From: a virus
Taxonomy: Duplodnaviria > Heunggongvirae > Uroviricota > Caudoviricetes
Virus record (IMG/VR): IMGVR_UViG_3300020451_002055
Length of the DNA: 64,000 nucleotides
Reading direction: 5' to 3' (one strand)
Positions 10,423 through 21,496 of this stretch are shown piece by piece (within the stretch, counting starts at the first letter, position 1; every line of letters starts with the position of its first letter). Position numbers and translations under genes: made by a program. A model generated the notes under the pieces. It was given only the letters and a program-made list of their open reading frames with translations. It was not told where the DNA came from and searched no databases.

Positions 10423-13400
10423 TTATGACGACGGCGTTGAGCCGCGAAGCGTTATAAACTGATTACCCTCAAGCTCTAGCATGACAGAGAAGTTCTTTAC
10501 TACTGGAACATCGACATATTCGCCGCAATAGATCGATGTATCAATGTCTCTGGCTCGGAAGGTAAACGAGTTACTTGCGTTGACAAACTCTGTTCCGTCG
10601 AATGCGTCAATCGAGAGATAGTAGGTTGTTCTAGGCTCAAAGATAGACAGATCAGGTCTGTAGGTCAAGTCTCGGATGCCTCCTGCCGGTATAGTTAGGC
10701 CATCTGACGGAAGAGCGCCTCCGGTTCCAACAAACCATCCGGTCGAATCATTGCCGCTGTATGCAGTATTGAGAAGCTCAGTTCTTTCCGGGTTTGCATA
10801 GAAGCGAATACGGAACTGGTAGTCCTTGCTCGTAGCCGTCTCGTTCTGGAAGTCGAAGTCGATCTCATCAACGAACGTTGTACCGCAAGCCTCAATGAAG
10901 GAGCGATCAGAAAAGAGGACAGTGAAGTTATCATCGACATCGACCGCCTCAACAGTAACGTAGTAGTAGCTGTTGCAAGCAATAGGCGTATCGCCGACAG
11001 GAACGAACGAGATACTAGCTGACTCTCCATTCTCAAGAGCAACGCCCTCAGAAAGCAGAAGCTCTCCATCAGCCGACCATCCAGCGGTCGAATTGGCAGA
11101 GTAGGCCTGATACGCAAGATTCTCTCTAGCGAAATCCTCGTAGAAGGATATGCGGAAGTGGTAAAGGCTCTCGTTGTCCGTATTCGTATAGTCGAACTCA
11201 ACAGCATTGAAGAACAACAACGAGTTGTATGGGCCATACTCGCCGAAGTCTTCAGCTATGGTCTCGCCTCTAGATGGGGTGATGAGACGGATACCGACCC
11301 TCAAGTTGCTTCCTACTTGCTCGTTGTTTGAGGTAAATACTCGGTTCTCATCGATGATCTGATACTCAGCAAAATCAACAGAGTTGTTGAGGTTGAATCC
11401 GAAGATGACATCTGCAGCAACAGGTATCATCTTGGTTGATGTCAGAATGCCGCTCTTGACTCTGCTTGGCAGCAAGAAGTTAGTCGTGAAGAAATGAGTA
11501 GACTCAGAAGCAATGCTGCGGACGATGACCGATCTCAGCGATGGGCTAAGGTCTCGTATCTCGCTCGTCATCGTAATGCGGAACTGTAGATACTGCCCGT
11601 TGATGAACGATATGTCTCCGGTCTGAGCCGTTCCATCAAAGCTGATTTCGAACTCAGAATCAAGCAGGTCATCTCGGCTGTCTCCGGTTCTAACCTCGAC
11701 AAGCATCGAGGTTCCGGTTGGTATCGTTGCATCCCAGTCGATGCGATCCCATGAGATAAGACCGTTCGTTCCGTTGAATATCTCGCTAAAGTAAACGCCG
11801 ACTTCTTCGTCAACTCTATCCGCGGAATAGAATCGATCATCGCCGTCAACGGTGTTGACTGTATCGCCGAACTCATCTACTTCCAAAATGCGGTTGCTAT
11901 TCGTGAAGCCAACGAGGTCTTCTAGCGTTATCGTTGCAAACAAGTTCGGATCAAGAACAGTTTGAGCATCATCAGTAAAGAGGTTCGTCTCGTTACCTGC
12001 TCGGTCAATAAGCTTGAGGTAGACTCTTCTAATGATGTCCTCGTCAGCGATTCGCTGTATCGAGGAATCAGAGATAAACCAAACCTCGCCTTCTGCTCCT
12101 CCGACGATATCTCTGATATCCTCATCATGAGTATACTGCGAGTTCCAGACGTTCTGCAAGGCATAGAGCGTTCTGCCGATGGAGGCGTATAGCGTATCGT
12201 CGATGCTTTCCATACTCCAAACAGGAGCATTGACAGTTCTGAAGGATGAGATGAACGGACCATCCGGAAGCGTGCTTCTACGGATAAGAGCGGTCGATCC
12301 CGATCCGGTCAGAACAAGCTTCTTACCATTGACCTCAGCGAAACCTACGCTAACAACCTGAGGATCGGAGTCCGTGCTAAGAATCTGCGAGGTACTGTTT
12401 TTCGGATCAAGCCTGTAAACTCGACCTTGATCGCCCGTGCCTGCATATAGTTCGCCCTCTGCGGCTACGAGATCGAAAATCGAGCTACTGATCTGAGTAA
12501 ACTCGGTCTCGAAGTTCTGTCCGTCGTAAGAGTAAAGCTGCCCTTCAACTCCGCCGCCGCCGATGTAAAGCTTGTTGTTGAGTATCTCAGCGCAATATGC
12601 AAACGGCTGAGAAATCGTGGCAGCAACGATGTAGTCATCTCCATTGAGCGTTAGATACACCTTACCGCTTTGGCCTGCAGTTGGGTTGCCGGTTCCTATG
12701 ACAATGCGATCTTGGAACTGAATCAAAAACTCAACAGTGCTGTTTGGATCGCCATCTTCAAGAATGGCCCTTCTCTCAAACGTCTGATTCTCATTGCTAT
12801 AGATATAGACCTGAGCAGGATTTGAAGTCGCTGCAACCATAACCGGGTCTTCTCCGGACTTCTGCCAAAGCATCAATCTACGACCGACGCCCTCTTCGAA
12901 TGTAAACTGAGTGCTGACATTCTCAAAGATGACTCCCAAGTCATGAGTATACTGAGTTTGGAATGGCAAGGATGGCTGAGGCGTGTCTCCGTCCGAAGTA
13001 AAGTTGGGGAAGTTGGAAACGACAAAACTATCAACGCCAGATGTAGCGTCGAATGGAAGATATTCATCTCCAGACTGAACTTGTCTAATGAAAGTCTGTA
13101 TCGTGGTTCTTGTAAGCTGCTCTCCAAGTTCGATTCTGCCTACCGGAGGCTGAGTGTCAAGAGTGATGCGATCGAACGGTAGATCAGTAGTCTCGTCGTT
13201 GATCTGTATAGCATTAATGTCGCCGCCAGTCAGGGCGTAAATACCGCCGTTGGCTGAGAGCATCTTATTGACCTCTGTTACAAGAATGCCCTCCGCTACC
13301 TGAGCAGCCCTGTTCTGCTGGAAGCGGTTGAGTATTTCTACATCGAATCGAATGTTTACCTGAACGATATCGCTGTTTCTTAGCGGATACTCGAATCGAA

Positions 13401-16400
13401 GTAGCTTCTTAGATGGAGAGAATCTGTAGCCTCTTGTTATCTTGTTGCCATTGAGTATGATCTCATAGAGAACGTTATCAGGAATCTCAAGATCATCTAC
13501 CCCTACAAGCTCAAAGGTCTGCAGATCATCATTGCGCTCCGTATCGACAGTTACAAGAGTAAAGTCGTTTGAACGGAATCTAGATATATCAATGGCGTCA
13601 GTTCCAAACGCTTCATCTCCAAAGTTTACCTGGTAAATATCATGTGTTGTTGCTATGAAGAGGATATTAGGATCTCTCCATATGATCGCCCTTGCATTGT
13701 TGAACCTTGGAATCAAAACATCCGCAGCGTCTTCTTGACGAAGAGATACCGGAGGGGCAACCGCAGAACCAAAGTCTAGACGCTCAATGCTGATGCCAGT
13801 CATCTTGTTGATACCGGCAGTAGTAGCTATATACCTGATAGCCGTGTTTCGGATCGCTATATCGATGATCTTATTCGAAGCAAGACCGTTCTTCTGAGTA
13901 AACGAAGTAATCGAGTTGCGGAAGAATCGTACAAGACCCTGATTAGTTCCGACCCACGCAACATCATTGGCGTCTATACGGACTTTGTTGATTACATTAC
14001 TTGGGAGGCCGTTGTCAATCGTAAACGTCTGCGCGGTTTGAACAGCAACAGGAGCAGCATTCTGCGTTGATCGGATGACTGCAAGAATCGGTCTGACATC
14101 GATGGTTGTCAATCCCGAATCGGAACCTACGATGAGAGTCCTATCGCTATCCATGTCAAGAGAGTTTGCTGATGTAGGGATAGAGTCGCCCGTCAACTTG
14201 ACAAAGTAAGCATGATCCGTGCTGAGGTAAACTCCATCCTCAGCAGCTAGGTACATATTTGAGGCTCTATCGAACGCTATATCTCTGATCTCAAGACCAT
14301 TGATATTGAACTCATCTTGGTTGAAAGCAAATATCTCATCCCTTCTGCGATCAAAGAAGAACAGTCCCTTATCGGTTCCGAGCCATGCATCTCCGTAGTT
14401 ATTGACAGCAGAACATAGGACATTGACTCTTGGTATATTAGCCGTAGCAGATGTAACGAGGCCGATATTGAATGGCCCAACCGATCCATCAAGATTGTAA
14501 CGGATTCGGTTGATGATCATCTTTGCGCCGAGATTATTCGAGAAATCGCCGAAGCGAAGTTCTTTGCGGAACTCGACGCCGCTCACCTCTAGGTCTCGCT
14601 GATCTGTAATGTATGGATCAGGATTGATGTCGTACTGCGGCTCCCAAGTCTTATCAAAGACAGCATCTCGAATGCTTGTGAACTGTCGCGCATTTGATAG
14701 GCTCTGATTATAAGCTGCTGCAAACTCTGTCTCGTAAAGGATATGCATATTGCCCAAGGAATCAGGAGCGATAACCGGACGACGAGATTGACGCTTGTCG
14801 CTTTCGAATATCTCAACATCAAAGCCCCCTCGGGAAGTGCCGATCAGAGAGTTGCTGCTCTCCCATTTGCGGAAGCTTGAATCATAGCGAGATATGAACA
14901 CCTTGCTCGATATCTGCCCGAAGTTCGGATCGTCAAATGATTCAACATACGGGTCGTATGGATCAAATGGATTGTTGAAAGACCTCTCGAACGCGCAGTA
15001 GAGGAAGTTGTCTGTAGGATCAGATGCAAGAGATGGGAACTTTGCGTCCTGATTACCTGTAGTTACCTGAACAACCGCATTGGCAAGATTGATACGGCCT
15101 GAGGTTCTTCTGCCGAAGATTTGCCATACGCCCTCGACTAGCTGTTGCCAAACATAGTGAATATTGCCCTTTGGATCTGAGTGAATATCAACATGGTCGG
15201 CTCTTGCTCCAGGCAAAGATACCTGAGTAGAAGAAGAACCCTGATGGCCGGTGTTCCATCCAATTCGAGGAGTTCCGCCAAATACAACCGAAGTTCCATT
15301 GGCAACTCGGCGCTCCAATGCATCAAGTTGCTGCAGCGTATAAGGATATCCGGGGCCTTGATGGTAGCCAGATTTGACTATAGTATTACCATTCGAAAGA
15401 CGCTCCGTCCAGGCAATGTAAGGTGTATTGCCTGCGACAAACAAAGCCGGACGACGGCTACCTGCCTGCCCGTTTGTAAGCTGCGTATCTCCCGTTCCAA
15501 ATGCTCCCGAGTCCCAGTTACCTGTAGCCCCGTCCCTAAAGGCGTAGAATATCTCCGGCTCGCCGAGACGATAATCTTCCCATACAACATGGACGTTATT
15601 GCGGTTATCAGTTGCGACTCGTGGGCGCAAGGAATTCCCAATGTTAGAGCTTATTGCGAAAGGTTGCGACCACTCAGAGCCGCTTCTTTGAACGGCATAG
15701 ATGTCAGTGTAATCGCTTCTCGAAGACTCAAAGACTACATATGCGTTGCCAAGAGTATCTACAGCAATATCAGGATGAGCCGCGTCGAAGACCTCGGATA
15801 CAATAGCCTCCGGATCGCTCCAACCAGCTTCAGTTGTATACTCGGCAAAGTAAACTTGCCTTCTGTTCGCATTGCCGGAATCATGCCAAACTACATATGT
15901 CTTACCAGACTCATAGTAGACTCTAGGCCTCGATGAATCGCCTTCGTTCGATGCAGTCTCAGTAAGAACGGACTCAGCAAGTACTCGGAAATCCCGATCA
16001 GTGGGAGTCTTGACATATATCTGAAGACCCTCTCCTTGCCCAGTTATGCGATATTGGTTACGAGTAGTTGCATCTACAGGATACGACTTGCCGGTTGACT
16101 TGACAATGATCTCTTGCGGCAAGAAGTAGATGTTCTCGTAATAAGTACCGTCGTTTAGATAAAGCCCGCAGCCTTCCGGCTCATCAATATCAGATGGACG
16201 ATCGCTGTCCTCGATGTTTTCGATTCGAACATCGAAATCAACAGTCCAACCCTTGCTGTTGGAAACAGAATCAAACCATCCGGTTCCAGGCTTCCTATGC
16301 GAATAGAACCATTTGCCGCCTGCAGTCTTGGAATATGGGTTCGGGTCATAAGGATCAATAGCCAAGAAATCGCCCGTTAGGACCGTAAAGCCATTGTATT

Positions 16401-18846
16401 GATCATTGGCAGGCCAAAGGGGAGTGCCCGCGCTAATGAAACCTCCGCCTGAAAACAGAGAGAGATTTGTAGCAGGCTGCCCGCCCGTGCCATTGAGAGC
16501 GGTTAGATCAAAGATAAACCCGAAGAACGAACGATAAATACCTTCTGTTTGGTAATCGATATCAGTTCTAGACAACTCTTCAATAAGATCGTCTATGGTT
16601 TTATTGATGAGGCTGATCGAAAAGTTATCAGTCAGAGTTATGTTATCAAACGGATGATAGATAATCAGGTTGTTATCTGTGATCTCTATTTCGTAGGTTA
16701 TGGTAATGAACGGGAACGTATACTCAATAGCAAGGGCTCCGACATTTTCTTGCGGAGTAAATAGTAGCCTGTCATCAGTTCTGCTCTGGTTCGCAAAGGT
16801 CGTATCGATAACGAGACCTTCAGAAGTAAAGCTTGAAGCAATGAACGGTGTTGTCTGAGTTAGCTCCCATTTATCCGAAACAGGATCAATGCCTGCTGTG
16901 AAAACCGAGAACTGATCGAACGTATTGAGAAAGAAGTTCTCAAAGTAAGAAGAGCCCTTCGAATGATTGACGAAGGTGGTTTTGCCATCCGGCGAACCAG
17001 ACATTGAATTGACTTTCAGGTCGAACTCATCAATATTCTCGACGGTTGCAAGAACGGGCTGCTCAGTTTCAACGATGCGATAAATGCTTCCTGACTCATC
17101 AGGATTGGTCGAGTTGACAGATACAAGAACATCGCCTTGATGCTCCGTTATGTCCGTAACATCTTCTCCAACGAATCGGATGAACTGCTGAGCTTCGATA
17201 GAAGAAAACGGAGTCGGGTCGATACTCGGGTCGTAAGAACCCTCGACCGTGTAGACAATCCTCTTGAAGTGGCCGATGACATCCGAATCTGCCGTGGTTC
17301 CTAAATCAATGAAACGATCGCTTGTTTCTTGAACAAAAGCATCGGTTCCGTCAAGGATAAGCTCATTCGCAGCAAAGACCTTGATGGTATCTCCCTGACC
17401 AGTGATCAAGAAGTTCTTCATTGATGTAACATCTAGAACGGCTCGGCGAACAACCGACGAGCCCAGCAATAGCCTGACCTCGTTAGTTAGAAGGCGAATC
17501 TCTGCAAATCGAGAACCATCAGCTATAGAGATGCGCTGATAGTTACTAGAGTCAGCCGGTCCCTCAACTCTGGCTGCAACCTCCATTGTCCAGCCGGTAG
17601 CATTGCTGACTGAAGAATCCCAAAGGGAACCTGCTATGCGGAAGTTGGCAAAAGCAGCCTCGCCAAAGCTGTCGTTGGTATCGCTTGAAGCAACGCTGAC
17701 GTAGTAGTCAACTCCTCGTCGAACTACATTATCAGGTATGGTATACTGTTCAGAGAACGTCTCAACGACTTCATCAAGTACATTAGATGCTCCCGGAGCG
17801 GTTCCTATGCGTATTCTGGCAAAACGGCTGACCTTGCCCTTGGGAGAAATGACATCCCATTCAACCGTAGGGTTGACACTGTTGATGTTGATATTGTTGG
17901 CGGAGCCGTCTACTCTTACATTCAGAACCTTGAATCCGGCAGATACGACTTCCACTTCAGATGAAGATACTGATTCGTTATCAAATAGGCCGTCGCTTGG
18001 CGTAATGGTATAGAAGACCCGATCGCCGGGATTGAGATCAAGACGAGCAAACCTGCTATCCTGAGCAGCAACAACCTCCGTGTCGTTGACAAACCAATTG
18101 AACCTGCTTTTATCATCGATCAGACGCTTACCAGTGTTAGGGTCATCGATGGCATAAGAAGCCTCAAGGATGTCATTGGGATTCGGAGTCGAAGGCAGAA
18201 TCCTAACGTTGCTAACGGTAGGCGGCAACTTCTGAACAAGAACAGAGTTGCTCGCTATGGTTGCTCCTCGCTCAAGCTGATCGACAGGCGTTACCTGAGC
18301 ATACCATGTATCATTGAACTTTACATAGTCCCGCGAAATTCTTGAGTAGCCATCAAACTGATTGAGATATACGCCGTTGCGGAACCAGCGAATATCGGCT
18401 GATGCATCCGTCTCTGGAAGATTGTAGGACAGAATGAGGTCGTCGGTCTCGGAAGGCTCTGACGGGGTAAGCTCTACATTCTGAACAAATGGAAGCCTGT
18501 TGACCTGAAAACTGAAACGCTGCCATCCGCTGATGGAGCCAGAAGAGTCCCGAAGCCGGAACTGACCATAGTAAATGACACCCCTTGAAAGGGTCTTACT
18601 GGGAACAGTAAAAGTCCTAGAACGGGCTCTGACCCATGGAGACGAGAACGTGGTTCCGTTAAAACCGTCAAATCCCCAGTTGAGGTTTGAGGTTGAAATC
18701 CTGAACTCGTAGTTAGACTGAATAACGCTGCGCCTTGGCGTTGTGTAATCCCAGTTGATACCAACATCGCCGTAGCGGACCTCAATAGGAGTGCCACTAG
18801 CAAACGATCGGTCATTGACTGATACAGATGTAATCGTTATTGCCAT
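10423..18846 (-). CDS. Giant virion structural protein (Ig-like repeats, several beta-propellers including regulator-propeller-type repeats, two C-terminal 'HFRISFY' repeats)
   Basis: 2807 aa. 'FTIDNGLPSNVINKVRIDANDVAWVGTNQGL' regulator-propeller repeat; 'RPRVATDNRNNVHVVWEDYR' propeller blades; internal repeat 'WDSSVSNATGWT'/'WFDSVSNSKGWT'. Confidence 0.75.
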   Translation of the reverse strand: MAITITSVSVNDRSFASGTPIEVRYGDVGINWDYTTPRRSVIQSNYEFRISTSNLNWGFDGFNGTTFSSPWVRARSRTFTVPSKTLSRGVIYYGQFRLRDSSGSISGWQRFSFQVNRLPFVQNVELTPSEPSETDDLILSYNLPETDASADIRWFRNGVYLNQFDGYSRISRDYVKFNDTWYAQVTPVDQLERGATIASNSVLVQKLPPTVSNVRILPSTPNPNDILEASYAIDDPNTGKRLIDDKSRFNWFVNDTEVVAAQDSRFARLDLNPGDRVFYTITPSDGLFDNESVSSSEVEVVSAGFKVLNVRVDGSANNININSVNPTVEWDVISPKGKVSRFARIRIGTAPGASNVLDEVVETFSEQYTIPDNVVRRGVDYYVSVASSDTNDSFGEAAFANFRIAGSLWDSSVSNATGWTMEVAARVEGPADSSNYQRISIADGSRFAEIRLLTNEVRLLLGSSVVRRAVLDVTSMKNFLITGQGDTIKVFAANELILDGTDAFVQETSDRFIDLGTTADSDVIGHFKRIVYTVEGSYDPSIDPTPFSSIEAQQFIRFVGEDVTDITEHQGDVLVSVNSTNPDESGSIYRIVETEQPVLATVENIDEFDLKVNSMSGSPDGKTTFVNHSKGSSYFENFFLNTFDQFSVFTAGIDPVSDKWELTQTTPFIASSFTSEGLVIDTTFANQSRTDDRLLFTPQENVGALAIEYTFPFITITYEIEITDNNLIIYHPFDNITLTDNFSISLINKTIDDLIEELSRTDIDYQTEGIYRSFFGFIFDLTALNGTGGQPATNLSLFSGGGFISAGTPLWPANDQYNGFTVLTGDFLAIDPYDPNPYSKTAGGKWFYSHRKPGTGWFDSVSNSKGWTVDFDVRIENIEDSDRPSDIDEPEGCGLYLNDGTYYENIYFLPQEIIVKSTGKSYPVDATTRNQYRITGQGEGLQIYVKTPTDRDFRVLAESVLTETASNEGDSSRPRVYYESGKTYVVWHDSGNANRRQVYFAEYTTEAGWSDPEAIVSEVFDAAHPDIAVDTLGNAYVVFESSRSDYTDIYAVQRSGSEWSQPFAISSNIGNSLRPRVATDNRNNVHVVWEDYRLGEPEIFYAFRDGATGNWDSGAFGTGDTQLTNGQAGSRRPALFVAGNTPYIAWTERLSNGNTIVKSGYHQGPGYPYTLQQLDALERRVANGTSVVFGGTPRIGWNTGHQGSSSTQVSLPGARADHVDIHSDPKGNIHYVWQQLVEGVWQIFGRRTSGRINLANAVVQVTTGNQDAKFPSLASDPTDNFLYCAFERSFNNPFDPYDPYVESFDDPNFGQISSKVFISRYDSSFRKWESSNSLIGTSRGGFDVEIFESDKRQSRRPVIAPDSLGNMHILYETEFAAAYNQSLSNARQFTSIRDAVFDKTWEPQYDINPDPYITDQRDLEVSGVEFRKELRFGDFSNNLGAKMIINRIRYNLDGSVGPFNIGLVTSATANIPRVNVLCSAVNNYGDAWLGTDKGLFFFDRRRDEIFAFNQDEFNINGLEIRDIAFDRASNMYLAAEDGVYLSTDHAYFVKLTGDSIPTSANSLDMDSDRTLIVGSDSGLTTIDVRPILAVIRSTQNAAPVAVQTAQTFTIDNGLPSNVINKVRIDANDVAWVGTNQGLVRFFRNSITSFTQKNGLASNKIIDIAIRNTAIRYIATTAGINKMTGISIERLDFGSAVAPPVSLRQEDAADVLIPRFNNARAIIWRDPNILFIATTHDIYQVNFGDEAFGTDAIDISRFRSNDFTLVTVDTERNDDLQTFELVGVDDLEIPDNVLYEIILNGNKITRGYRFSPSKKLLRFEYPLRNSDIVQVNIRFDVEILNRFQQNRAAQVAEGILVTEVNKMLSANGGIYALTGGDINAIQINDETTDLPFDRITLDTQPPVGRIELGEQLTRTTIQTFIRQVQSGDEYLPFDATSGVDSFVVSNFPNFTSDGDTPQPSLPFQTQYTHDLGVIFENVSTQFTFEEGVGRRLMLWQKSGEDPVMVAATSNPAQVYIYSNENQTFERRAILEDGDPNSTVEFLIQFQDRIVIGTGNPTAGQSGKVYLTLNGDDYIVAATISQPFAYCAEILNNKLYIGGGGVEGQLYSYDGQNFETEFTQISSSIFDLVAAEGELYAGTGDQGRVYRLDPKNSTSQILSTDSDPQVVSVGFAEVNGKKLVLTGSGSTALIRRSTLPDGPFISSFRTVNAPVWSMESIDDTLYASIGRTLYALQNVWNSQYTHDEDIRDIVGGAEGEVWFISDSSIQRIADEDIIRRVYLKLIDRAGNETNLFTDDAQTVLDPNLFATITLEDLVGFTNSNRILEVDEFGDTVNTVDGDDRFYSADRVDEEVGVYFSEIFNGTNGLISWDRIDWDATIPTGTSMLVEVRTGDSRDDLLDSEFEISFDGTAQTGDISFINGQYLQFRITMTSEIRDLSPSLRSVIVRSIASESTHFFTTNFLLPSRVKSGILTSTKMIPVAADVIFGFNLNNSVDFAEYQIIDENRVFTSNNEQVGSNLRVGIRLITPSRGETIAEDFGEYGPYNSLLFFNAVEFDYTNTDNESLYHFRISFYEDFARENLAYQAYSANSTAGWSADGELLLSEGVALENGESASISFVPVGDTPIACNSYYYVTVEAVDVDDNFTVLFSDRSFIEACGTTFVDEIDFDFQNETATSKDYQFRIRFYANPERTELLNTAYSGNDSTGWFVGTGGALPSDGLTIPAGGIRDLTYRPDLSIFEPRTTYYLSIDAFDGTEFVNASNSFTFRARDIDTSIYCGEYVDVPVVKNFSVMLELEGNQFITLRGSTPSS

Positions 18847-18855
18847 AGACTATAC

Positions 18856-19968
18856 TCAGATCCTTACGGATGCCTGGTTAATACGCAGCGCTCCCTCATC
18901 AACCGTAACGGTAGCTTCTGCGGACAAAAGATTGGGTCGGACAAAGCTAATTTCCTCTCGATTCGCAAAGTCCCTCCTAGACTGCCAGAGCAGACGATCG
19001 CCTTTATAGACCCTACCATCTGATCGACCAGCATAGACATTAGTACCATTGCTGAACACGGCTCGCAGATCAAGGCTTGAAGGATCATCAAATCCGAACA
19101 TCATTGTGACCTGATCTTGATTAGATAGATCAGAGAAGGCAACAAACTCGCTACCTAGATTGATATGCCTAGCTACTATTTCAGATGAAGCTTGATACTT
19201 GTTCGTGAAGAAAAGCTCATCTATCGTTCCAAAATGATTTCGAACAAGACCGCTAAAGCCCGGAGCGGAGTCATTGATGCGTAGAGTTCTTGGAGTCAGG
19301 TTGTTTCTATCGATTAGCTGAGGTATTTCTGAACCGGTTACAATTGATGTGGAGACCCTCTTGCCATCAATATACAAAACGATCGATCGAGATGCTCCGC
19401 TGTAGGCAATGTAAAAGTGATGGAAATCGCTTGTTGAATAGGTTTCATTGCTTCTAAGAACAACGTCTCCCGTAGTGCCTCCGAGAAAGATATACATCTG
19501 ATTTCGCTCGTTCTCTACTGACTCCTCAAAAATGCAGAACCCGGTTGATGCTTCATAGATATTGGTCGTGTTATTCAGTGAAATATTAGAAGCATTGATC
19601 AGAGCCAAGCGGTAGTAGCTCGTTTCGTTTGATTCAAGAGATAGCACCGGTCTAAGCCAAACAGGTCGGAGCCAAAAGCCAAGAGAAAATCGACTTCTAG
19701 CGCTAAAGTTGACATTTACATCAACGCCGGATGTAGGCCTCATCCTCAAAGCTCTACCGGAAACTCCCTCAGCAAAAGTGGGATTTGTATTGCCTCGAAT
19801 ATTGGCATTGCGACCAGATATCTCATCTCGGATAGGAAGACTCTCAAACTTGATAAGGCTAGGCGCTTCTCTGTTGCGTCGGAAGATTATTTCTCGAACG
19901 GACTCAGCGCTAACTGTAGCAGAGCTTGCTATGTCAGATACAAATGTTCTTTGGTTTAGGTTTGCCAT
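18856..19968 (-). CDS. LamG/concanavalin-A-like lectin domain protein
   Basis: Motifs 'GVSGRALRM...FSLGFWLRP...FHHFYIAYSG...LYIDGK...GTIDEL'. Likely start is ATG 19968 (MANLNQ), right after the upstream stop at 19970. Confidence 0.75.
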   Translation of the reverse strand: MANLNQRTFVSDIASSATVSAESVREIIFRRNREAPSLIKFESLPIRDEISGRNANIRGNTNPTFAEGVSGRALRMRPTSGVDVNVNFSARSRFSLGFWLRPVWLRPVLSLESNETSYYRLALINASNISLNNTTNIYEASTGFCIFEESVENERNQMYIFLGGTTGDVVLRSNETYSTSDFHHFYIAYSGASRSIVLYIDGKRVSTSIVTGSEIPQLIDRNNLTPRTLRINDSAPGFSGLVRNHFGTIDELFFTNKYQASSEIVARHINLGSEFVAFSDLSNQDQVTMMFGFDDPSSLDLRAVFSNGTNVYAGRSDGRVYKGDRLLWQSRRDFANREEISFVRPNLLSAEATVTVDEGALRINQASVRI

Positions 19969-19969
19969 A

Positions 19970-21496
19970 TCATACCTTTGAGAACTCAAGAGTCAAGGCA
20001 AGTCTATTATTCTCTTGTCCTGCATTATCATCGTCCAGTTCTCTCTCAATCCATATGTAGATTGCTTCTTTGGGGCCTAGCGTGGTCGAATCCCTTTCCC
20101 CGGAGGTCGATCTCTGTCCTCCAACATCAATGCTGACTCCAGAGGCAAAGCCATCTGCGCTTTGAAAATCCTCGATCAAATAAGGGGGAGCTATATCCGG
20201 ACCAGTATTGTTTGCAACTTGAGGTTTGGTTACTCCGCTTGGTATTCTCTGAGATGGAGCAGTATCAACGTAATATCTATCTCCCGATGCAGGCACGAAT
20301 GGCAAATCCTCATCAAAGCTGAACGTGCCCGTTGCTCCGTCGTATGCGGTTACAACTCTAGACTGACCCGCATTTTGTCCTGTCGTGAACACGACCGGAG
20401 CAGTCACATAGTGATCGTCTGCAAGATCATTCGCAAGAGACGAATCAACTACAGAGGAAAGCGTTCCGCCTGTCGCTGAAGAAGATCTGTATTCGCTTCT
20501 AGGGATTTCGATCGAAAGATTCCATCTCGACCCATTATTTCTACTAGGTATCTTGACATATACCTCTGCTTTTCTTGCATTTAGGCCGCTAGATTCATTG
20601 CGAACTGCAATGCATCGATATTGACGCCTATCCTTACTGAATCCTGAAGTGAATACGCTGTTCTCTGAAAGACCTCGGACAACAGCGCCTCGGAAATGGA
20701 CTCGCAGAGGCGTGTCAAAAGCATTTCTTGAAGAAACGATTGCAGTATTACCCGTCCATGTTTCTACCTGAATGATTTCATCTTGAATCTGTATATAGTC
20801 GTATGCGGTCAGAGAATCATCAGCGCACTCAATCTGCCTATCAGTAAAAGAAACCTCGGATGACAATGTGGTAGACGGTATAACTTCGGTTGGACTAATA
20901 AAGCCGCCTATAGACTGAGCCGGGTTGGACTGAGCCAAGTTCGGCTCAACGCTGGTTAGGTAATACTTGATCTGAGGCTTGATGTCAACGGGTTCAGGCG
21001 GATTGATTTCTCCGATATCAAGGCCAGAGAAAAAGTACGACCATTGATTAGTGGCATCGAAGATTCCGCTCTTAAGAAGAGAGTCAACATCTGATAGCTC
21101 AAAATTATTGAGAACATTCGCTACAACGCCAGGAACATTGCTGATCAGATCAGCGAGTTCGATCAGAGCCATGCCTTCTACTAGAGGAATCTGTATCGGA
21201 TTGGCTAGATCTCCATTGACTGTTCTGAGCCATCCGTAAAATACCTTACGACCTCCCGTGCCTTCTTGAACGCTAAAGTAGGCATCGGTATAAGGGGAAT
21301 ACGGGTCAGCATTATTTGAGTATGCTACTCTAAGAACAGCGTCATTCGTATCAAGATCAGCCGTTGGGTCAAATGCATCGAAGAGGACTTCATCGTCCTC
21401 TACATCAGGAAGCAAATCTGAACTATTGGGCGGAGATGAGGTCTGAGGACTAATAAATCCTCCGCCGACTCCGCTAGGCCCGCCGAAACTACTCAT
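19970..21496 (-). CDS. Virion structural protein (tail-associated, putative)
   Basis: 508 aa, ATGA overlap with the upstream gene; beta-rich segments 'SIGGFIS...YRCIAVRN...IYIWIER' and 'TTGQNAGQSRVVTAYDG'. Confidence 0.55.
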   Translation of the reverse strand: MSSFGGPSGVGGGFISPQTSSPPNSSDLLPDVEDDEVLFDAFDPTADLDTNDAVLRVAYSNNADPYSPYTDAYFSVQEGTGGRKVFYGWLRTVNGDLANPIQIPLVEGMALIELADLISNVPGVVANVLNNFELSDVDSLLKSGIFDATNQWSYFFSGLDIGEINPPEPVDIKPQIKYYLTSVEPNLAQSNPAQSIGGFISPTEVIPSTTLSSEVSFTDRQIECADDSLTAYDYIQIQDEIIQVETWTGNTAIVSSRNAFDTPLRVHFRGAVVRGLSENSVFTSGFSKDRRQYRCIAVRNESSGLNARKAEVYVKIPSRNNGSRWNLSIEIPRSEYRSSSATGGTLSSVVDSSLANDLADDHYVTAPVVFTTGQNAGQSRVVTAYDGATGTFSFDEDLPFVPASGDRYYVDTAPSQRIPSGVTKPQVANNTGPDIAPPYLIEDFQSADGFASGVSIDVGGQRSTSGERDSTTLGPKEAIYIWIERELDDDNAGQENNRLALTLEFSKV